A stretch of DNA of 64,000 bases from Chloroflexota bacterium (GTDB taxonomy: Bacteria; Chloroflexota; Chloroflexia; Chloroflexales; Roseiflexaceae): positions 1-64,000 of the forward strand of contig JACAEQ010000036.1 in assembly GCA_013388755.1 (NCBI GenBank), given 5' to 3'. Shown piece after piece: positions 21,693 to 33,292 of the stretch. Below the pieces are notes generated by a model, which was not told where the DNA came from, did no database searches, and worked only from the letters and a program-made list of their open reading frames with translations. Position numbers and translations under genes: made by a program. Within the stretch, counting starts at the first letter, position 1; each line of letters begins with the position of its first letter.

Positions 21693-21959
21693 ACACCAGG
21701 ATAGCAGCGACGCAGCCAGCATGCGATTGTGGGTGTCACGACCCATCCGGCGAAATGAACAGGTTCCGGGAGGCTCGCAACGCGGGCCATCCCGGCTCAC
21801 TGGCTCTCATAGCGCGCAGGCAGGCTCATACGCCCATCAGGCGGAGCGTTGCGGGTGTTCGCGTGCCAGGTTCATACACGACCATTCGTCATACCCTGCG
21901 ATTGTTGTCTTCAACAACGATCCGGCTGTGTCGTTCACGCTTTTGCTCGTGAGTCGCCA

Positions 21960-22913
21960 ATGCTCGCAATCGTGTATGATGGACAGTTGCGCCAGGTTGA
22001 CGACTATCCCCGACCAGCACTACGTGCCGGCGAGGCGCTCATTCGTCCCTCACTCGTCGGCATCTGTAATACTGATATTGAGATAACGCGTGGATACATG
22101 GGTCACCACGGCGTGCTCGGCCATGAATTCGTCGGCACAGTCGTGGCATGCGAGGATGCATGGTGGGTTGGCCAGCGAGTTGTCGGTGAGATTAACGCTG
22201 CATGCCGTTCCTGCGCCGTGTGCGCTCGTGGCGACGAAAGCCACTGCCCCAATCGGACGACGCTTGGCATTGACCGGCGTGACGGGGTGATGGCCGAGTT
22301 GTTCAGCCTGCCGGTCGCATGCCTGCATGCCGTCCCTGATCGCATGCCCGACGCGGTGGCGGTCTTCACCGAGCCGGTTGCGGCAGCATTCGAGATCCTG
22401 CAACAATTGCATATCTATCCAACCGACCGGGTTGCAGTCGTGGGTGATGGCAAGCTCGGCTTGCTGTGCGCGCAGGTGCTGCGCCTGCCAGGCTGTGATG
22501 TGACGGTCATCGGGCGGCACCCGGAGCGCTGGGAGTTTCTGGGCGATCTGGCGATCGCCACGGTGCATGGTCATGATCTGGATGAGGCACACCTTGCGCC
22601 GTTCGATGTGGTGGTTGAGTGTAGCGGCCACCCGAGTGGCCTGGCCACCGCTCGCCGGTTAGTACGGCCGCGCGGTTGCCTTGTGATGAAAAGTACGTTT
22701 GCTGCCGAGTCAGCACTCGATATGACCATGCTGGTGGTTGACGAAATCCGCCTGATCGGCTCGCGTTGCGGCCCATTCGCTGCGGCGCTGCGCGCGCTTG
22801 ATGGCGGGCTGGTTGCCACGGCCCCACTGATAGCTGCGCGCTTTTCGCTGCGCGACGGCTTGCGAGCATTTGCCGCCGCGACCGGGCGGCTGAAAGTAGT
22901 GCTGGAGGTGTAG
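21960..22913 (+). CDS. Zinc-dependent alcohol dehydrogenase (MDR superfamily)
   Basis: GICNTDIEITRGYMGHHGVLGHEFVG (catalytic Zn), CRSCAVCARGDESHC (structural Zn), GDGKLGLL (NAD); start re-set to MLAIVYD. Confidence 0.82.
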   Translation: MLAIVYDGQLRQVDDYPRPALRAGEALIRPSLVGICNTDIEITRGYMGHHGVLGHEFVGTVVACEDAWWVGQRVVGEINAACRSCAVCARGDESHCPNRTTLGIDRRDGVMAELFSLPVACLHAVPDRMPDAVAVFTEPVAAAFEILQQLHIYPTDRVAVVGDGKLGLLCAQVLRLPGCDVTVIGRHPERWEFLGDLAIATVHGHDLDEAHLAPFDVVVECSGHPSGLATARRLVRPRGCLVMKSTFAAESALDMTMLVVDEIRLIGSRCGPFAAALRALDGGLVATAPLIAARFSLRDGLRAFAAATGRLKVVLEV

Positions 22914-22917
22914 ATAG

Positions 22918-24102
22918 ATGGCATCAAAGCAAAGCGCCGTACGCAGCGATCAGTCCGCCAGGTATGCCGCGGCCTCGCTGGTGCTGGGGTTGATGTTCGT
23001 CTCGTTGATTGTCATCTATCTCAGCGTTCCCCAGAGTGATGTGGTAACCTTCCTCTCCGTCGTGATTATGGCGGTCAGCCTGATCATTGCGTTGAACGGT
23101 AACTGGAACGAAATCGGCATGATGGCGGCATTCGCGGCGCTCATGTCGCTGATTGCCGCGTATTTCTTCGGGCGAGATACGCTCGGTAACGTCGGCAGCG
23201 TCGTCTTTCCGCTGGCATGGACCGGTGTGTTGCTCTATGTGTTTCGCTGGATTTCGAGCCGCACGGTTGTCGTGCCGGAAGATCACGCGATTATGGTGGC
23301 GCGCTTCTACAGTGGTACACTGTACCGCCTGACGCCGCCGCTGGCGCCGCCGCTCATTCCTCTGCTCGAACGACGCGTTGCGACCATTCCACTCTATGAA
23401 CTCAGCCAGGACGTCACGATCGAAAAAATCAACACGGGAGGATCACATAGCATTGATGCGGTCGAAGTTCATCTGCGCTACCGGGTTGATAGCCCGGTGT
23501 TCGCGCTTGGCAATATTCCCAACCGTGGCCAGATTCAGAACGACGTCGCACGCCAGATGGGCCGCGAGCTGGAGCAGGCGCGGCTTGATGTCGCATTCTG
23601 GGAGAAACTGCTGGCGCGCCAGCTCCGTGAGGAGGTTGACGATATTGTGCGCGAGGTGATCTTCAGCGAAACAAAAAGCGCAGTTGTGGCGTACCAGGAT
23701 CGCCTGCGCATTTCGCAGGAGGTCTTTCGCCGGCTGAATGAATTGACGCATCGCTGGGGCGTGGTGGTGACCCGCGTGGATATCGACTATTTCGAAGTGC
23801 CCGAGGATCGCTTTCGTTCGGCAAACCCGGAGGCGGCAATTGAACGCGAGACCAGAATGCGCGAGATTGAAGCTGAACGCGAAGCCCGGCGCATCCGCGT
23901 GACCAGCGAGGCCGAAGCCCATGCGGAGGCTGAACGTGTGCGCAGTATTGTACGCGCCCTGCGCGCCGAGGGGGTCGACGTCTCGCCGGAAATGATAAGC
24001 GCCATCTTGCTGCCTGACTGGTCGGTTGAAGCTGAAGCGCTGCTGCCACCCGCCGGGCCCAGACCGGCGACTGGAAAGCCAGACAATGGAAACAAACGGT
24101 GA
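22918..24102 (+). CDS. SPFH/band-7 domain membrane protein (stomatin/prohibitin-like) with C-terminal coiled coil
   Basis: Four N-terminal TM helices; SPFH-like core (IPLYELSQDVTIEKINTGGSHSIDAVEVHLRYRVD); Glu/Arg-rich coiled coil. Confidence 0.55.
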   Translation: MASKQSAVRSDQSARYAAASLVLGLMFVSLIVIYLSVPQSDVVTFLSVVIMAVSLIIALNGNWNEIGMMAAFAALMSLIAAYFFGRDTLGNVGSVVFPLAWTGVLLYVFRWISSRTVVVPEDHAIMVARFYSGTLYRLTPPLAPPLIPLLERRVATIPLYELSQDVTIEKINTGGSHSIDAVEVHLRYRVDSPVFALGNIPNRGQIQNDVARQMGRELEQARLDVAFWEKLLARQLREEVDDIVREVIFSETKSAVVAYQDRLRISQEVFRRLNELTHRWGVVVTRVDIDYFEVPEDRFRSANPEAAIERETRMREIEAEREARRIRVTSEAEAHAEAERVRSIVRALRAEGVDVSPEMISAILLPDWSVEAEALLPPAGPRPATGKPDNGNKR

Positions 24103-25030
24103 TATTGCAGGCGAACCGGTGGTGGTTGTCGGCGCGGCATGCCTTGATGTCAAGTGCCGCCTGCGCGGCGATGTGATCGCCGGGACATCAAATTCGGCTG
24201 ACGTGCGGATCAGCGTTGGTGGCTGCGCGCGCAATATGGCCGAGAATCTTGCCCGCCTCGGCTACCCGACGATTCTGTTGACGGTTGCGTGCGATGATGA
24301 TTTTGGCCAGACGATCGTCCAGCAGACGGCGCGTGCCGGAGTGAATACCGACCACGTGCTCAGGGTGTGCGACCACCACTCGCCAGCGTATATCGCCCTG
24401 TTCTCGCCGGAAGGCCAGTTGATCACCGGCGTGGATGATACCGAAGCCGTGGTTGCATTGACGCCCACTCTCATTACGGCGCATCGCGCATTGCTCGAAC
24501 GCGCACCAATGGTAGTCATGGACGCGAATGTGCCCTTTGAGAGTGCCGAGACCCTGCTCGCAATTTGCAAAGCGGCAGGCGTACCGGTCGCACTTGACCC
24601 GGTGGCATATGCGCCGGCGGCACGTTATCGGCCACTGGTCGGGTCATTCTACCTGATCGTGCCTAACGCGATTGAGGCCGAAGCGCTGACAGGCCTGCCG
24701 GTCGCGAATATCGCGCAGGCGACGGTGGCCGCGCGCCACCTGGCAGCCCAGGGAGTTGACATTGCAATCGTGACAATGGCGGATCAAGGGCTGGTGTACG
24801 CCACGCCTTCTTCCAGCGGCCATGTGCCTGCCATTGATGTTGAAGTCGTTGACCCGACCGGCGCCGGCGATGCATTGACGGCAGCGGTCGTGTATGCGCT
24901 GTTGAACGATATCCCGATCGACGAGGCGGTGCGCCTCGGGGTGAGTGCGGCAACGCTGACACTCGACTCTGACGACACGGTACGGCAGGATCTGACCCTG
25001 GAAATCTTGTATGCACAACTGGTGATCTGA
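24086..25030 (+). CDS. PfkB-family carbohydrate/nucleoside kinase (ribokinase-like)
   Basis: GGCARNMAENLARLG (motif 1), DPTGAGDALTAAVVYAL (anion-hole/catalytic Asp motif); start re-set to METNGD, overlapping the upstream stop by 17 nt. Confidence 0.78.
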   Translation: METNGDIAGEPVVVVGAACLDVKCRLRGDVIAGTSNSADVRISVGGCARNMAENLARLGYPTILLTVACDDDFGQTIVQQTARAGVNTDHVLRVCDHHSPAYIALFSPEGQLITGVDDTEAVVALTPTLITAHRALLERAPMVVMDANVPFESAETLLAICKAAGVPVALDPVAYAPAARYRPLVGSFYLIVPNAIEAEALTGLPVANIAQATVAARHLAAQGVDIAIVTMADQGLVYATPSSSGHVPAIDVEVVDPTGAGDALTAAVVYALLNDIPIDEAVRLGVSAATLTLDSDDTVRQDLTLEILYAQLVI

Positions 25031-25116
25031 GTTCTCGAGTCTGATATGATGTGGGTCGTACGCGGTGCGACACAGGAATGTCGTGCATGTGCGGCCTGCC
25101 ATCCGCAACGTGCTGC

Positions 25117-26436
25117 ATGCCCAAACGCATCTTGATTGCAGATGATGAGCCGGCGGTGCGCCAGCTGCTTGAGCTGGTGCTACGATCGCAGGGATATGAC
25201 GTGCTGACGACACAGAATGGTGATCAACTCGTGCGTACGGCGCAGGAGTGGGTGCCCGACCTTGTGATCGTCGACCTGATGATGCCACAGATGGATGGCT
25301 ATGAGGCGATCCGCCAGTTGCGCAATGATACGCGCACCGCTCACCTGCCGATGCTCATCCTGACTGCACGCGCCAGCGCGGAGGACGTCGTCACCGGATT
25401 CGATACCGGTGCCGATGATTATGTCACCAAGCCGTTCAATATTCCGGAATTACTGGCCCGCATTCGAGCACACCTGCGTCGCGCTGCACAGACGCCGGTG
25501 CATAATCCGCTCACCGGCCTGGCCGGTAATATCCTGCTCACCGAAGAACTGAAACATCGCCTCAAGAGCGAGGCGCCGTTCGCGCTCCTGTACGTCGATC
25601 TCGATAATTTCAAGGCCTTCAACGATACGTATGGCCCGGCTCGCGGCGATCGCCTGATCAAACTGGTCGCCGAGGTCCTTGGTGAAGTCCTGCAAAAGGT
25701 TGGTTCCGGGAGTGACTTTATCGGCCATATCGGCGGCGACGACTTCGCCATTCTGACCGTGCCCGATCGCCTGACGGATCTCTGCCAGGCAATCATCAGA
25801 CTCTTCGATGAACGTGTGCGCAGCCTGTATGACGCTGATGACCTCGCGCGCGGCTACCTGCGCGGTATTGACCGCCAGGGCGTACCGCGCAGCTTTCCAA
25901 TCACATCCATCTCGATCGGGGTCGTCACCAACCGCCGTCGCCGCTTCACGGATCACGAGGAGGTGAGCCGGGTAGCGGCTGAGATGAAGCAGTATGCCAA
26001 GCAGCAACCTGGCAGTACCTACGCGGTAGATATCCGGACATCGAGTGATCAGCCGATCGAACACGACCGCCGCGGCGCGCCACCGCCACCGGCGCTGATC
26101 ATCTCCGATGACGAGGATCTGCGCAAGGCGCTTGCGCCCATCATTATCGCCGCCAATCTGCGTGTGCTCGATGCACCGACTGTGCTTGATGCCGAACGAT
26201 TGCTGGCGTACCATCCGCAGACTGCGCTCGTCATTGCAGATGCGCGGCTCGGGACGCGCCTGCGCGACCTCTGCCGGAAACTGACCGAACATCAGCCAGA
26301 ATTGCCCATCGTGATGCTGGTGGAGCCGGATGACCCGTACGTCGCTGCGCCTGGCGCGCTGTACCGCGTTCTCTTCCTGCCGCTCGATAGTAATATGCTC
26401 AATAGTGTGATTGCCGACGTACTTGAACGCATGTAG
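25117..26436 (+). CDS. Response regulator: REC - GGDEF-like (motif GGDDF) - degenerate C-terminal receiver-like domain
   Basis: REC with phospho-acceptor context LVIVDLMMPQMDG; diguanylate-cyclase fold with HIGGDDFAIL; C-terminal domain lacks the canonical Asp pocket. Confidence 0.75.
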   Translation: MPKRILIADDEPAVRQLLELVLRSQGYDVLTTQNGDQLVRTAQEWVPDLVIVDLMMPQMDGYEAIRQLRNDTRTAHLPMLILTARASAEDVVTGFDTGADDYVTKPFNIPELLARIRAHLRRAAQTPVHNPLTGLAGNILLTEELKHRLKSEAPFALLYVDLDNFKAFNDTYGPARGDRLIKLVAEVLGEVLQKVGSGSDFIGHIGGDDFAILTVPDRLTDLCQAIIRLFDERVRSLYDADDLARGYLRGIDRQGVPRSFPITSISIGVVTNRRRRFTDHEEVSRVAAEMKQYAKQQPGSTYAVDIRTSSDQPIEHDRRGAPPPPALIISDDEDLRKALAPIIIAANLRVLDAPTVLDAERLLAYHPQTALVIADARLGTRLRDLCRKLTEHQPELPIVMLVEPDDPYVAAPGALYRVLFLPLDSNMLNSVIADVLERM

Positions 26437-26451
26437 GAGTGGCTCCGGAAC

Positions 26452-29400
26452 ATGCAGGCGCTGCTCGCCAGTTTGATGATCCTTGCCGGCATCGGCGCCC
26501 TGCTGACACTGCCGCCGGTACGTGCACTGCTGGCCCCACCTGCTCATGCAATCTGGTCGGCACTGTTGCGCCGCGCCAGGCGCGTGCGTAGCGCCACGGT
26601 GATCAGCAGTTCCGGCGAGGAGATCGAAGTTCCTGACGCTGTGCAGACTGAGCCGCTCTGGCTCGGCCAGGCGCGCTTTACGCTGTCCAGTCCGCGTTCG
26701 CGCATCATCGCTGTCGGTCTGCTGGTAGGAGCACTGATACTCTGGGCGCTGCCACGCCTGTTGCCGGATACGCGCGCCGATGAGTTCACCGTTCTGATTG
26801 CGCCGTTCCGTGAGCCGAATGGTGACATCGGTGCCACCGGTCGCGCCGCAGCCGCTGAACTGGCTGATGTGCTGGCGACGACTCACGGCCAGCATATTGC
26901 AGTACAACAGATTGACTCACCTCCCGACAGTGCAGCAGACGCGTCTGCCCTTCTCCAGGCGACCCGCGCCGATGTCTTGCTCTGGGGTGACATTACGCCC
27001 GGCGGGATGCTCGATGGCGAAACGTTGCTGCCGCAGCTTGCCTATGCGCCAAGTGGCGCCTATGCGCCGAACAGCCTGGATGGCTATACTGGTCGCTTTG
27101 CACTGCCGGTTCATTATCCCCTCGCAGCGCAACCGCTTAACGGGCGCGTGGTGCTGCCGCGCCTGATCCGCGCTCTGGCCGACTATAGCAGTGGGCGCTA
27201 TGGTGCCGCCAGTACCGTGCTGGATGACCTTGAACGGCAATATCCTGCGTTGCGTCCCGGCCTGTTACGTACCCTCCGCGCCACGATCTGGTGGGCGCGC
27301 GGCAACTATGAGCAGTCGGCAGGCGAGTTTCGCCGGGCGATTGCAGCAATGCCCGACGCTACCCCGGCTGAACTGGCCCGGCTTTATACCAGCCTCGGTG
27401 CCGTGCAGTATGATATGGGTGACCCGGTGGCGCGCGAGTCATTCAACCAGGCAATTGCGCTGCTGCAAGGGCAGGATCTCGGGGAGTTGCGCTATAACCT
27501 GGCGCTTGAAGAGTTGCGCGCTGGATCGCCAGGCGCTGCCGCAACATCGCTGGAACAGGCACGCCGCTTGCTGCCACCCGCCACTACGCCATTACTGGCA
27601 CTGGCCGAGGCGTATCGGCTCGATGGGCGGCTTGAACCGGCAGCGACTACCCTGGCCGCTGCGACGCGCCAGTCCGGGGCAGATGATGTGGATGCACCCT
27701 TCGACCTGCGGTTCATTGTCAACGCGCGCCTGCGCGCCGGCGTGCAGGCCGAACGGGCATTACTGAAACTTGCGCAAATCGTGAATGCGCGCGGGTCGCT
27801 GATCTGGGAACTTGATGTCTCTCCGCCATTGCCCGAACCCGAACTCACGGCACTGCTGAATGATGTCTCGCTTGCCCTGCGTGAAACGATCAGCTTGAGT
27901 CAGGAATGGAACGAGCGCGCCGCCGCGGCCGATGCGGAACAGCGCCTGGTAGACGGAAGCATTGCGACGCACCAGGCGCGGCGCGCCGAACTGGCAGCGC
28001 GCCGCAACCGGTTCTGGCTGGCAGTCGTCGAGGTGGAACTGGCGCGATTGCGTCGTACGCGCCCACCAGAAGGCCTGGCTGCAATCTGGTTTGGCCTGAC
28101 GCGCGCATGGTCGCCGGCAACCGACTCGTTGCGCCAGATCGAGACGCTCGAGCAGGTTCAGCCAGGCAATGCCGATCTGATGTTGATGCGTGGGCGCGCC
28201 CTGCTGGTCAATGACAATGAGCGCGAGGCGCGCGTTGCGTTCGAAACTGCTGAACGGCTGGCACCCGATCGTCCTGAGCCGCTATATCACCAGGCGATGC
28301 TATTGCTGCAGCAGGATCGGGCACAGGCGCTCCAGTTGCTTGCCGCGGCTCAAGCGCGTCATACCGATTACTTCCCGGCGCGGATACGCCTCGCCGAGCT
28401 TGCCGAAGAAGACGGGCGCTGGCAGGAGGCCATTGAGCAGCGGCGCTGGCTGGCTGAGCACCGCCCCGGCGCAGGCGAGTCGCTCGCGCTGGCACGGGTG
28501 CTGCGTCTCAGCGGACCAACCGGGTACTCCGAGGCGGAACAGGCTCTCCTGCCTCTTGTGGCGAGGAACAATGCCGCAGCAATCATTGAACTCAGCCGGG
28601 TCTATTACGATGCTGAGAATATCGCTGCGGCGCGCAGCACGCTGGAACGTGGCCAGCAGAACACGGCGCGCGGCGCGGCCCCCTTCGCCGATATTTCGTA
28701 CGAATTGGGGCAGTTGCTGATTGCGAGCGGTGATGCGGCAGCGGCCGAGCGCCAGTTCGAGATGGCGGTCAATGCCAGCCCGCGGCATGTACCGTCGCAT
28801 ATTGCGCTGGCGCAACTTGCAACCGACGAGCGCGCCGCTGCGCGCCACTACGCGGCGGCCCTGGACGCCGGCGCAAACGACCCGGCGATCCTGACGCACA
28901 TGGGTGCGATGCTGCTCGATCTGCGCGAATATGCGACGGCAGCCAGCGCCTATGAGCGCGCTATCAGTGCCGCGCCTGATGATGCCGATGCGCGCTATGG
29001 CGCTGCCCTGGCCTATCTTGGTCTCGACCGCCTCGATGCCGCCGAGGAGGCGGCGCGCGCCGCGCTGCAGCGGCGCGCCGTCTATCCCGAGGCGCTGGTG
29101 CTGCTTGGCGATATTGCGTTGCGGCGTGCCCGGATCCAGGAAGCCGAACAGCAGTATCGCGCGGCATTGCAGCAGAACTCTGCCATGGCTGCTGCCTATA
29201 TCGGCCTGGGGCGCGTCGCTGCCACGTCGGATGACTGGTCGATCGCGGCAGGGCACTTCTTGAATGCTGTACAGCGCGAGCCGCGGTCTCCTGAGGCACA
29301 TCTGTGGCTGGGCGAAGCGCGCGTTCGCACCGGCGATCTGGCAGGCGCCGTCGCCGTCTACCAGACCGCGCTCATGCTCCGCGACACATTTCCCGAAGCG

Positions 29401-29955
29401 CACTTTGGTCTGGCGCAGGCACAGTTTGGTCTGGCACAGGTAGATGCGGCGCTGGCGGAAGTTACACGCGCGCTGGAGCAACGACCGCGTTATGCCGAAG
29501 CGCTTCTGCTGCTGGGGAAGATTGAAGAACAGCAGGGTCATGACGCGCGCGCGCTCGAGGCGTATGGGCGAGCCATCGGTGTCAACCCACGCCTGGCTGA
29601 ACCGTACTATCGCCGCGCGCTGGTGCTGGTGCGCGCCGACCGGTTGAATGACGCGCGCACGGACCTGGAGACTGCCACGCGCCTGGAACCAGCATTTGCT
29701 GAAGCGCACTACTGGCTTGGCCGCGTCCATTTTGCGCAGCGCAACTTCCAGGCGGCCGCCAACCGGTTCCGTGAAGCGGTCGCGCGTCGTGGTGGCACCT
29801 ACCCGGAAGCCCGTTTCTACCAGGGAATGGCAGAAGAACAACTTGGCGAGCTTAATGGAGCCATTCGATCATTCGAGACCGTCGCCGGCCAGAATGATGA
29901 TCCGCTCTGGGCCGGTGAAGCGCGCGCCGCCCTGGCGCGCCTGAGCGATCGATAA
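26452..29955 (+). CDS. Large tetratricopeptide-repeat (TPR) protein with N-terminal membrane anchor
   Basis: 1167 aa; N-terminal hydrophobic segments, then >15 TPR-like helical repeats (AxxYxxAL.., ...EAHxxLG..). Confidence 0.7.
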   Translation: MQALLASLMILAGIGALLTLPPVRALLAPPAHAIWSALLRRARRVRSATVISSSGEEIEVPDAVQTEPLWLGQARFTLSSPRSRIIAVGLLVGALILWALPRLLPDTRADEFTVLIAPFREPNGDIGATGRAAAAELADVLATTHGQHIAVQQIDSPPDSAADASALLQATRADVLLWGDITPGGMLDGETLLPQLAYAPSGAYAPNSLDGYTGRFALPVHYPLAAQPLNGRVVLPRLIRALADYSSGRYGAASTVLDDLERQYPALRPGLLRTLRATIWWARGNYEQSAGEFRRAIAAMPDATPAELARLYTSLGAVQYDMGDPVARESFNQAIALLQGQDLGELRYNLALEELRAGSPGAAATSLEQARRLLPPATTPLLALAEAYRLDGRLEPAATTLAAATRQSGADDVDAPFDLRFIVNARLRAGVQAERALLKLAQIVNARGSLIWELDVSPPLPEPELTALLNDVSLALRETISLSQEWNERAAAADAEQRLVDGSIATHQARRAELAARRNRFWLAVVEVELARLRRTRPPEGLAAIWFGLTRAWSPATDSLRQIETLEQVQPGNADLMLMRGRALLVNDNEREARVAFETAERLAPDRPEPLYHQAMLLLQQDRAQALQLLAAAQARHTDYFPARIRLAELAEEDGRWQEAIEQRRWLAEHRPGAGESLALARVLRLSGPTGYSEAEQALLPLVARNNAAAIIELSRVYYDAENIAAARSTLERGQQNTARGAAPFADISYELGQLLIASGDAAAAERQFEMAVNASPRHVPSHIALAQLATDERAAARHYAAALDAGANDPAILTHMGAMLLDLREYATAASAYERAISAAPDDADARYGAALAYLGLDRLDAAEEAARAALQRRAVYPEALVLLGDIALRRARIQEAEQQYRAALQQNSAMAAAYIGLGRVAATSDDWSIAAGHFLNAVQREPRSPEAHLWLGEARVRTGDLAGAVAVYQTALMLRDTFPEAHFGLAQAQFGLAQVDAALAEVTRALEQRPRYAEALLLLGKIEEQQGHDARALEAYGRAIGVNPRLAEPYYRRALVLVRADRLNDARTDLETATRLEPAFAEAHYWLGRVHFAQRNFQAAANRFREAVARRGGTYPEARFYQGMAEEQLGELNGAIRSFETVAGQNDDPLWAGEARAALARLSDR

Positions 29956-29970
29956 GCAGGGGAACAGGCA

Positions 29971-31299
29971 ATGACAGCAACAACAGCAACGAAGCTGCTG
30001 GAACAGGCGGAACATCTCTCCTCCGTCTGGGCCAGATACAGCGACATCTTTGTTGAGCACGGCGAGGGTGCGTACCTGTACGATGTCGAAGGCCGGCGCT
30101 ACCTTGACTTTACATGCGGTATCGGCGTGACCAATACAGGTCATTGCCATCCGCGCGTCGTTCAGGCGATCCGTGAACAGGCCGGACTTCTGCTGCACGG
30201 CCAGGCCAATATAGTCTATCATCGGCCCATGCTCGAACTGGTGGCCGAACTCCGCGCGATCGCGCCACCGGAACTCGACGGGTTCTTCTTCAGCAATAGC
30301 GGCGCCGAGGCGGTTGAGGGCGCAATCAAACTGGCGCGCCAGGTGACCGGTCGCAGCGACATCATTGCCTTCAGCGGCGGCTTCCATGGCCGTACCAGCG
30401 GCGCACTGGCACTGACCAGCAGCAAGGGTAAGTACCGCGAAGGCGTCGCGCCCCTCCCGGCCGGGATCCATTTCGCGCCCTACGCTGCCTGCTTCCGCTG
30501 CGCCGTGGCGCGCGCTGCCGGCGCCAATAGCGCAGCCATTTCCTATGCCGCCCCACACACATCCGCCTGCTGCGGAGAACCACTGCACCAGGTCGAACAC
30601 CTTCTCCATACGCAGACGACGCCGGAGAACGTCGCGGCTATCCTGGTCGAACCGGTCCTCGGCGAAGGTGGGTACGTCGTACCGCCTGCCTCATTTTTGC
30701 AGGGGCTGCGACAGATCTGTGATACCTATGGTATCCTGCTGATCGCCGATGAAGTGCAGAGTGGCTTCGGGCGTACCGGGCGCTTCTTTGCCATCGAACA
30801 CTTCGGCATCACACCCGATATCATGATCATCGCCAAAGGGATCGCGTCCGGTCTGCCACTCTCCGGGATCATCGCCCGGCGTGCGCTGATGAACCGCTGG
30901 AAGCCCGGCGCGCACGGCGGTACCTATGGCGGGAACGCCGTGGCGTGCGCCGCCGCGGTCGCAACCATTCAGGCGATGCGTGAGGAGCGCCTGGTCGAAA
31001 ATGCAGCACATCAGGGTACAGTGCTGAAGCAGGAATTGTCACATGTTATGGGCCGGCATCCTGTGGTAGGAGATGTACGCGGACTGGGGTTGATGGTGGG
31101 TGTCGAACTCATCACGGCAACCGGCGCGCCAGACGCCGCGCTCACAAAACGCACGCTCGCCGCCTGCCGCGATCGCGGCCTGTTACTGCTTAACTGCGGC
31201 CCGTACGACAATGTTGTTCGCTTTATTCCGCCGCTGATCGTCAACGAGGACCAGATCCGCGACGCTGTGCGCATCTTCGCGGAGGCGCTGGCGTCTTAG
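29971..31299 (+). CDS. Class-III PLP aminotransferase (4-aminobutyrate aminotransferase-like), paralog of 12298-13701
   Basis: VTNTGHCHPRVVQAIREQ, LIADEVQSGFGRTG, IIAKGIASGLPLSG. Confidence 0.88.
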   Translation: MTATTATKLLEQAEHLSSVWARYSDIFVEHGEGAYLYDVEGRRYLDFTCGIGVTNTGHCHPRVVQAIREQAGLLLHGQANIVYHRPMLELVAELRAIAPPELDGFFFSNSGAEAVEGAIKLARQVTGRSDIIAFSGGFHGRTSGALALTSSKGKYREGVAPLPAGIHFAPYAACFRCAVARAAGANSAAISYAAPHTSACCGEPLHQVEHLLHTQTTPENVAAILVEPVLGEGGYVVPPASFLQGLRQICDTYGILLIADEVQSGFGRTGRFFAIEHFGITPDIMIIAKGIASGLPLSGIIARRALMNRWKPGAHGGTYGGNAVACAAAVATIQAMREERLVENAAHQGTVLKQELSHVMGRHPVVGDVRGLGLMVGVELITATGAPDAALTKRTLAACRDRGLLLLNCGPYDNVVRFIPPLIVNEDQIRDAVRIFAEALAS

Positions 31300-31350
31300 C
31301 AGGGGCGTGAACCGGGCACTGACCACGTTTCACACCGCAAGATACGCACC

Positions 31351-31980
31351 ATGCCACATCGTGCACCCTATCGCGTCGCACTTCAGGCGTTTCAGTCTGA
31401 CCGTCTTCGCCGCGATTACGCCGACCTTGCGGCTGAGCCGCAATATCGGCAAGTCGGCGAGTTCTTCTTTAATGAATTGTACGGCCCGCGCGACTTCAGC
31501 GCACGCGATTCGCAGGCGCACCGGTTGCACCTTCTCGTCCAGAGTTTTCCCGGCGTCGTAATTCGCGATGTCGAACAGGTGCTCGATCTGCTGGAACTGA
31601 CAAACCGCCTCGATGATGAAGTTGTCGAAAAGTTGCTGGAGATCGGCGCGCCACTCGATTTTGATATGGCCACCTACGAACGCGCCTATCGCCTGGCGGA
31701 CAACTATGCCGATCGCGTGCGCCAGATCGAACTGGTGCGTCTCTCACTGTATAACGTCGCCCGCCTGACGCGCAACCCGCTCCTTGGTATCGCGCTCGAC
31801 CGTACTCGCGGCCTGGCCGAGATGACCGGCATGAGCGACATTCATCGCTTCCTGCGCGTCGGATACAAAGCGACCCTGCCGGTGCGTGATATGCCGCGCT
31901 TTGTTGAGACGATCAGCGTTCGCGAGATGAATCGCCTCGACCGAATCTATGCCGATCAGTTGCGGAAGAAGGCCAGCTAA
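31351..31980 (+). CDS. Hypothetical protein (209 aa), no recognisable domain
   Basis: Long ORF with compatible codon usage; no motif recognised. Confidence 0.4.
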   Translation: MPHRAPYRVALQAFQSDRLRRDYADLAAEPQYRQVGEFFFNELYGPRDFSARDSQAHRLHLLVQSFPGVVIRDVEQVLDLLELTNRLDDEVVEKLLEIGAPLDFDMATYERAYRLADNYADRVRQIELVRLSLYNVARLTRNPLLGIALDRTRGLAEMTGMSDIHRFLRVGYKATLPVRDMPRFVETISVREMNRLDRIYADQLRKKAS

Positions 31981-31993
31981 CTCGTCCTTCAGC

Positions 31994-33082
<1,089 letters not shown>

Positions 33083-33292
33083 TTACAACCGCCAGGGACG
33101 GAAAAGAACAGTAGCGAGGATTCACTGTGGTCGAAGGGTTGCGCTACCCAGATCGCAGGATTACGGCAGGGGTCGCCGGTACACTCCATTCACTGGTTGG
33201 GCTGGTATGCAGATTCCTGGCAACACGACAACTCTTGTCGCGGATGGCGACGGCCCCGGTGCGAATCCTCCGTGGTTGCCTCGACTGGAACC

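Noticed and set aside
25450-26907. 485-aa ORF antisense to the REC-GGDEF gene
   Set aside because: Fully overlaps a domain-supported gene on the other strand; Arg/Gln-rich composition typical of antisense frames.
28300-29841. 513-aa ORF antisense to the TPR protein gene
   Set aside because: Same reasoning; the sense strand encodes coherent TPR repeats.
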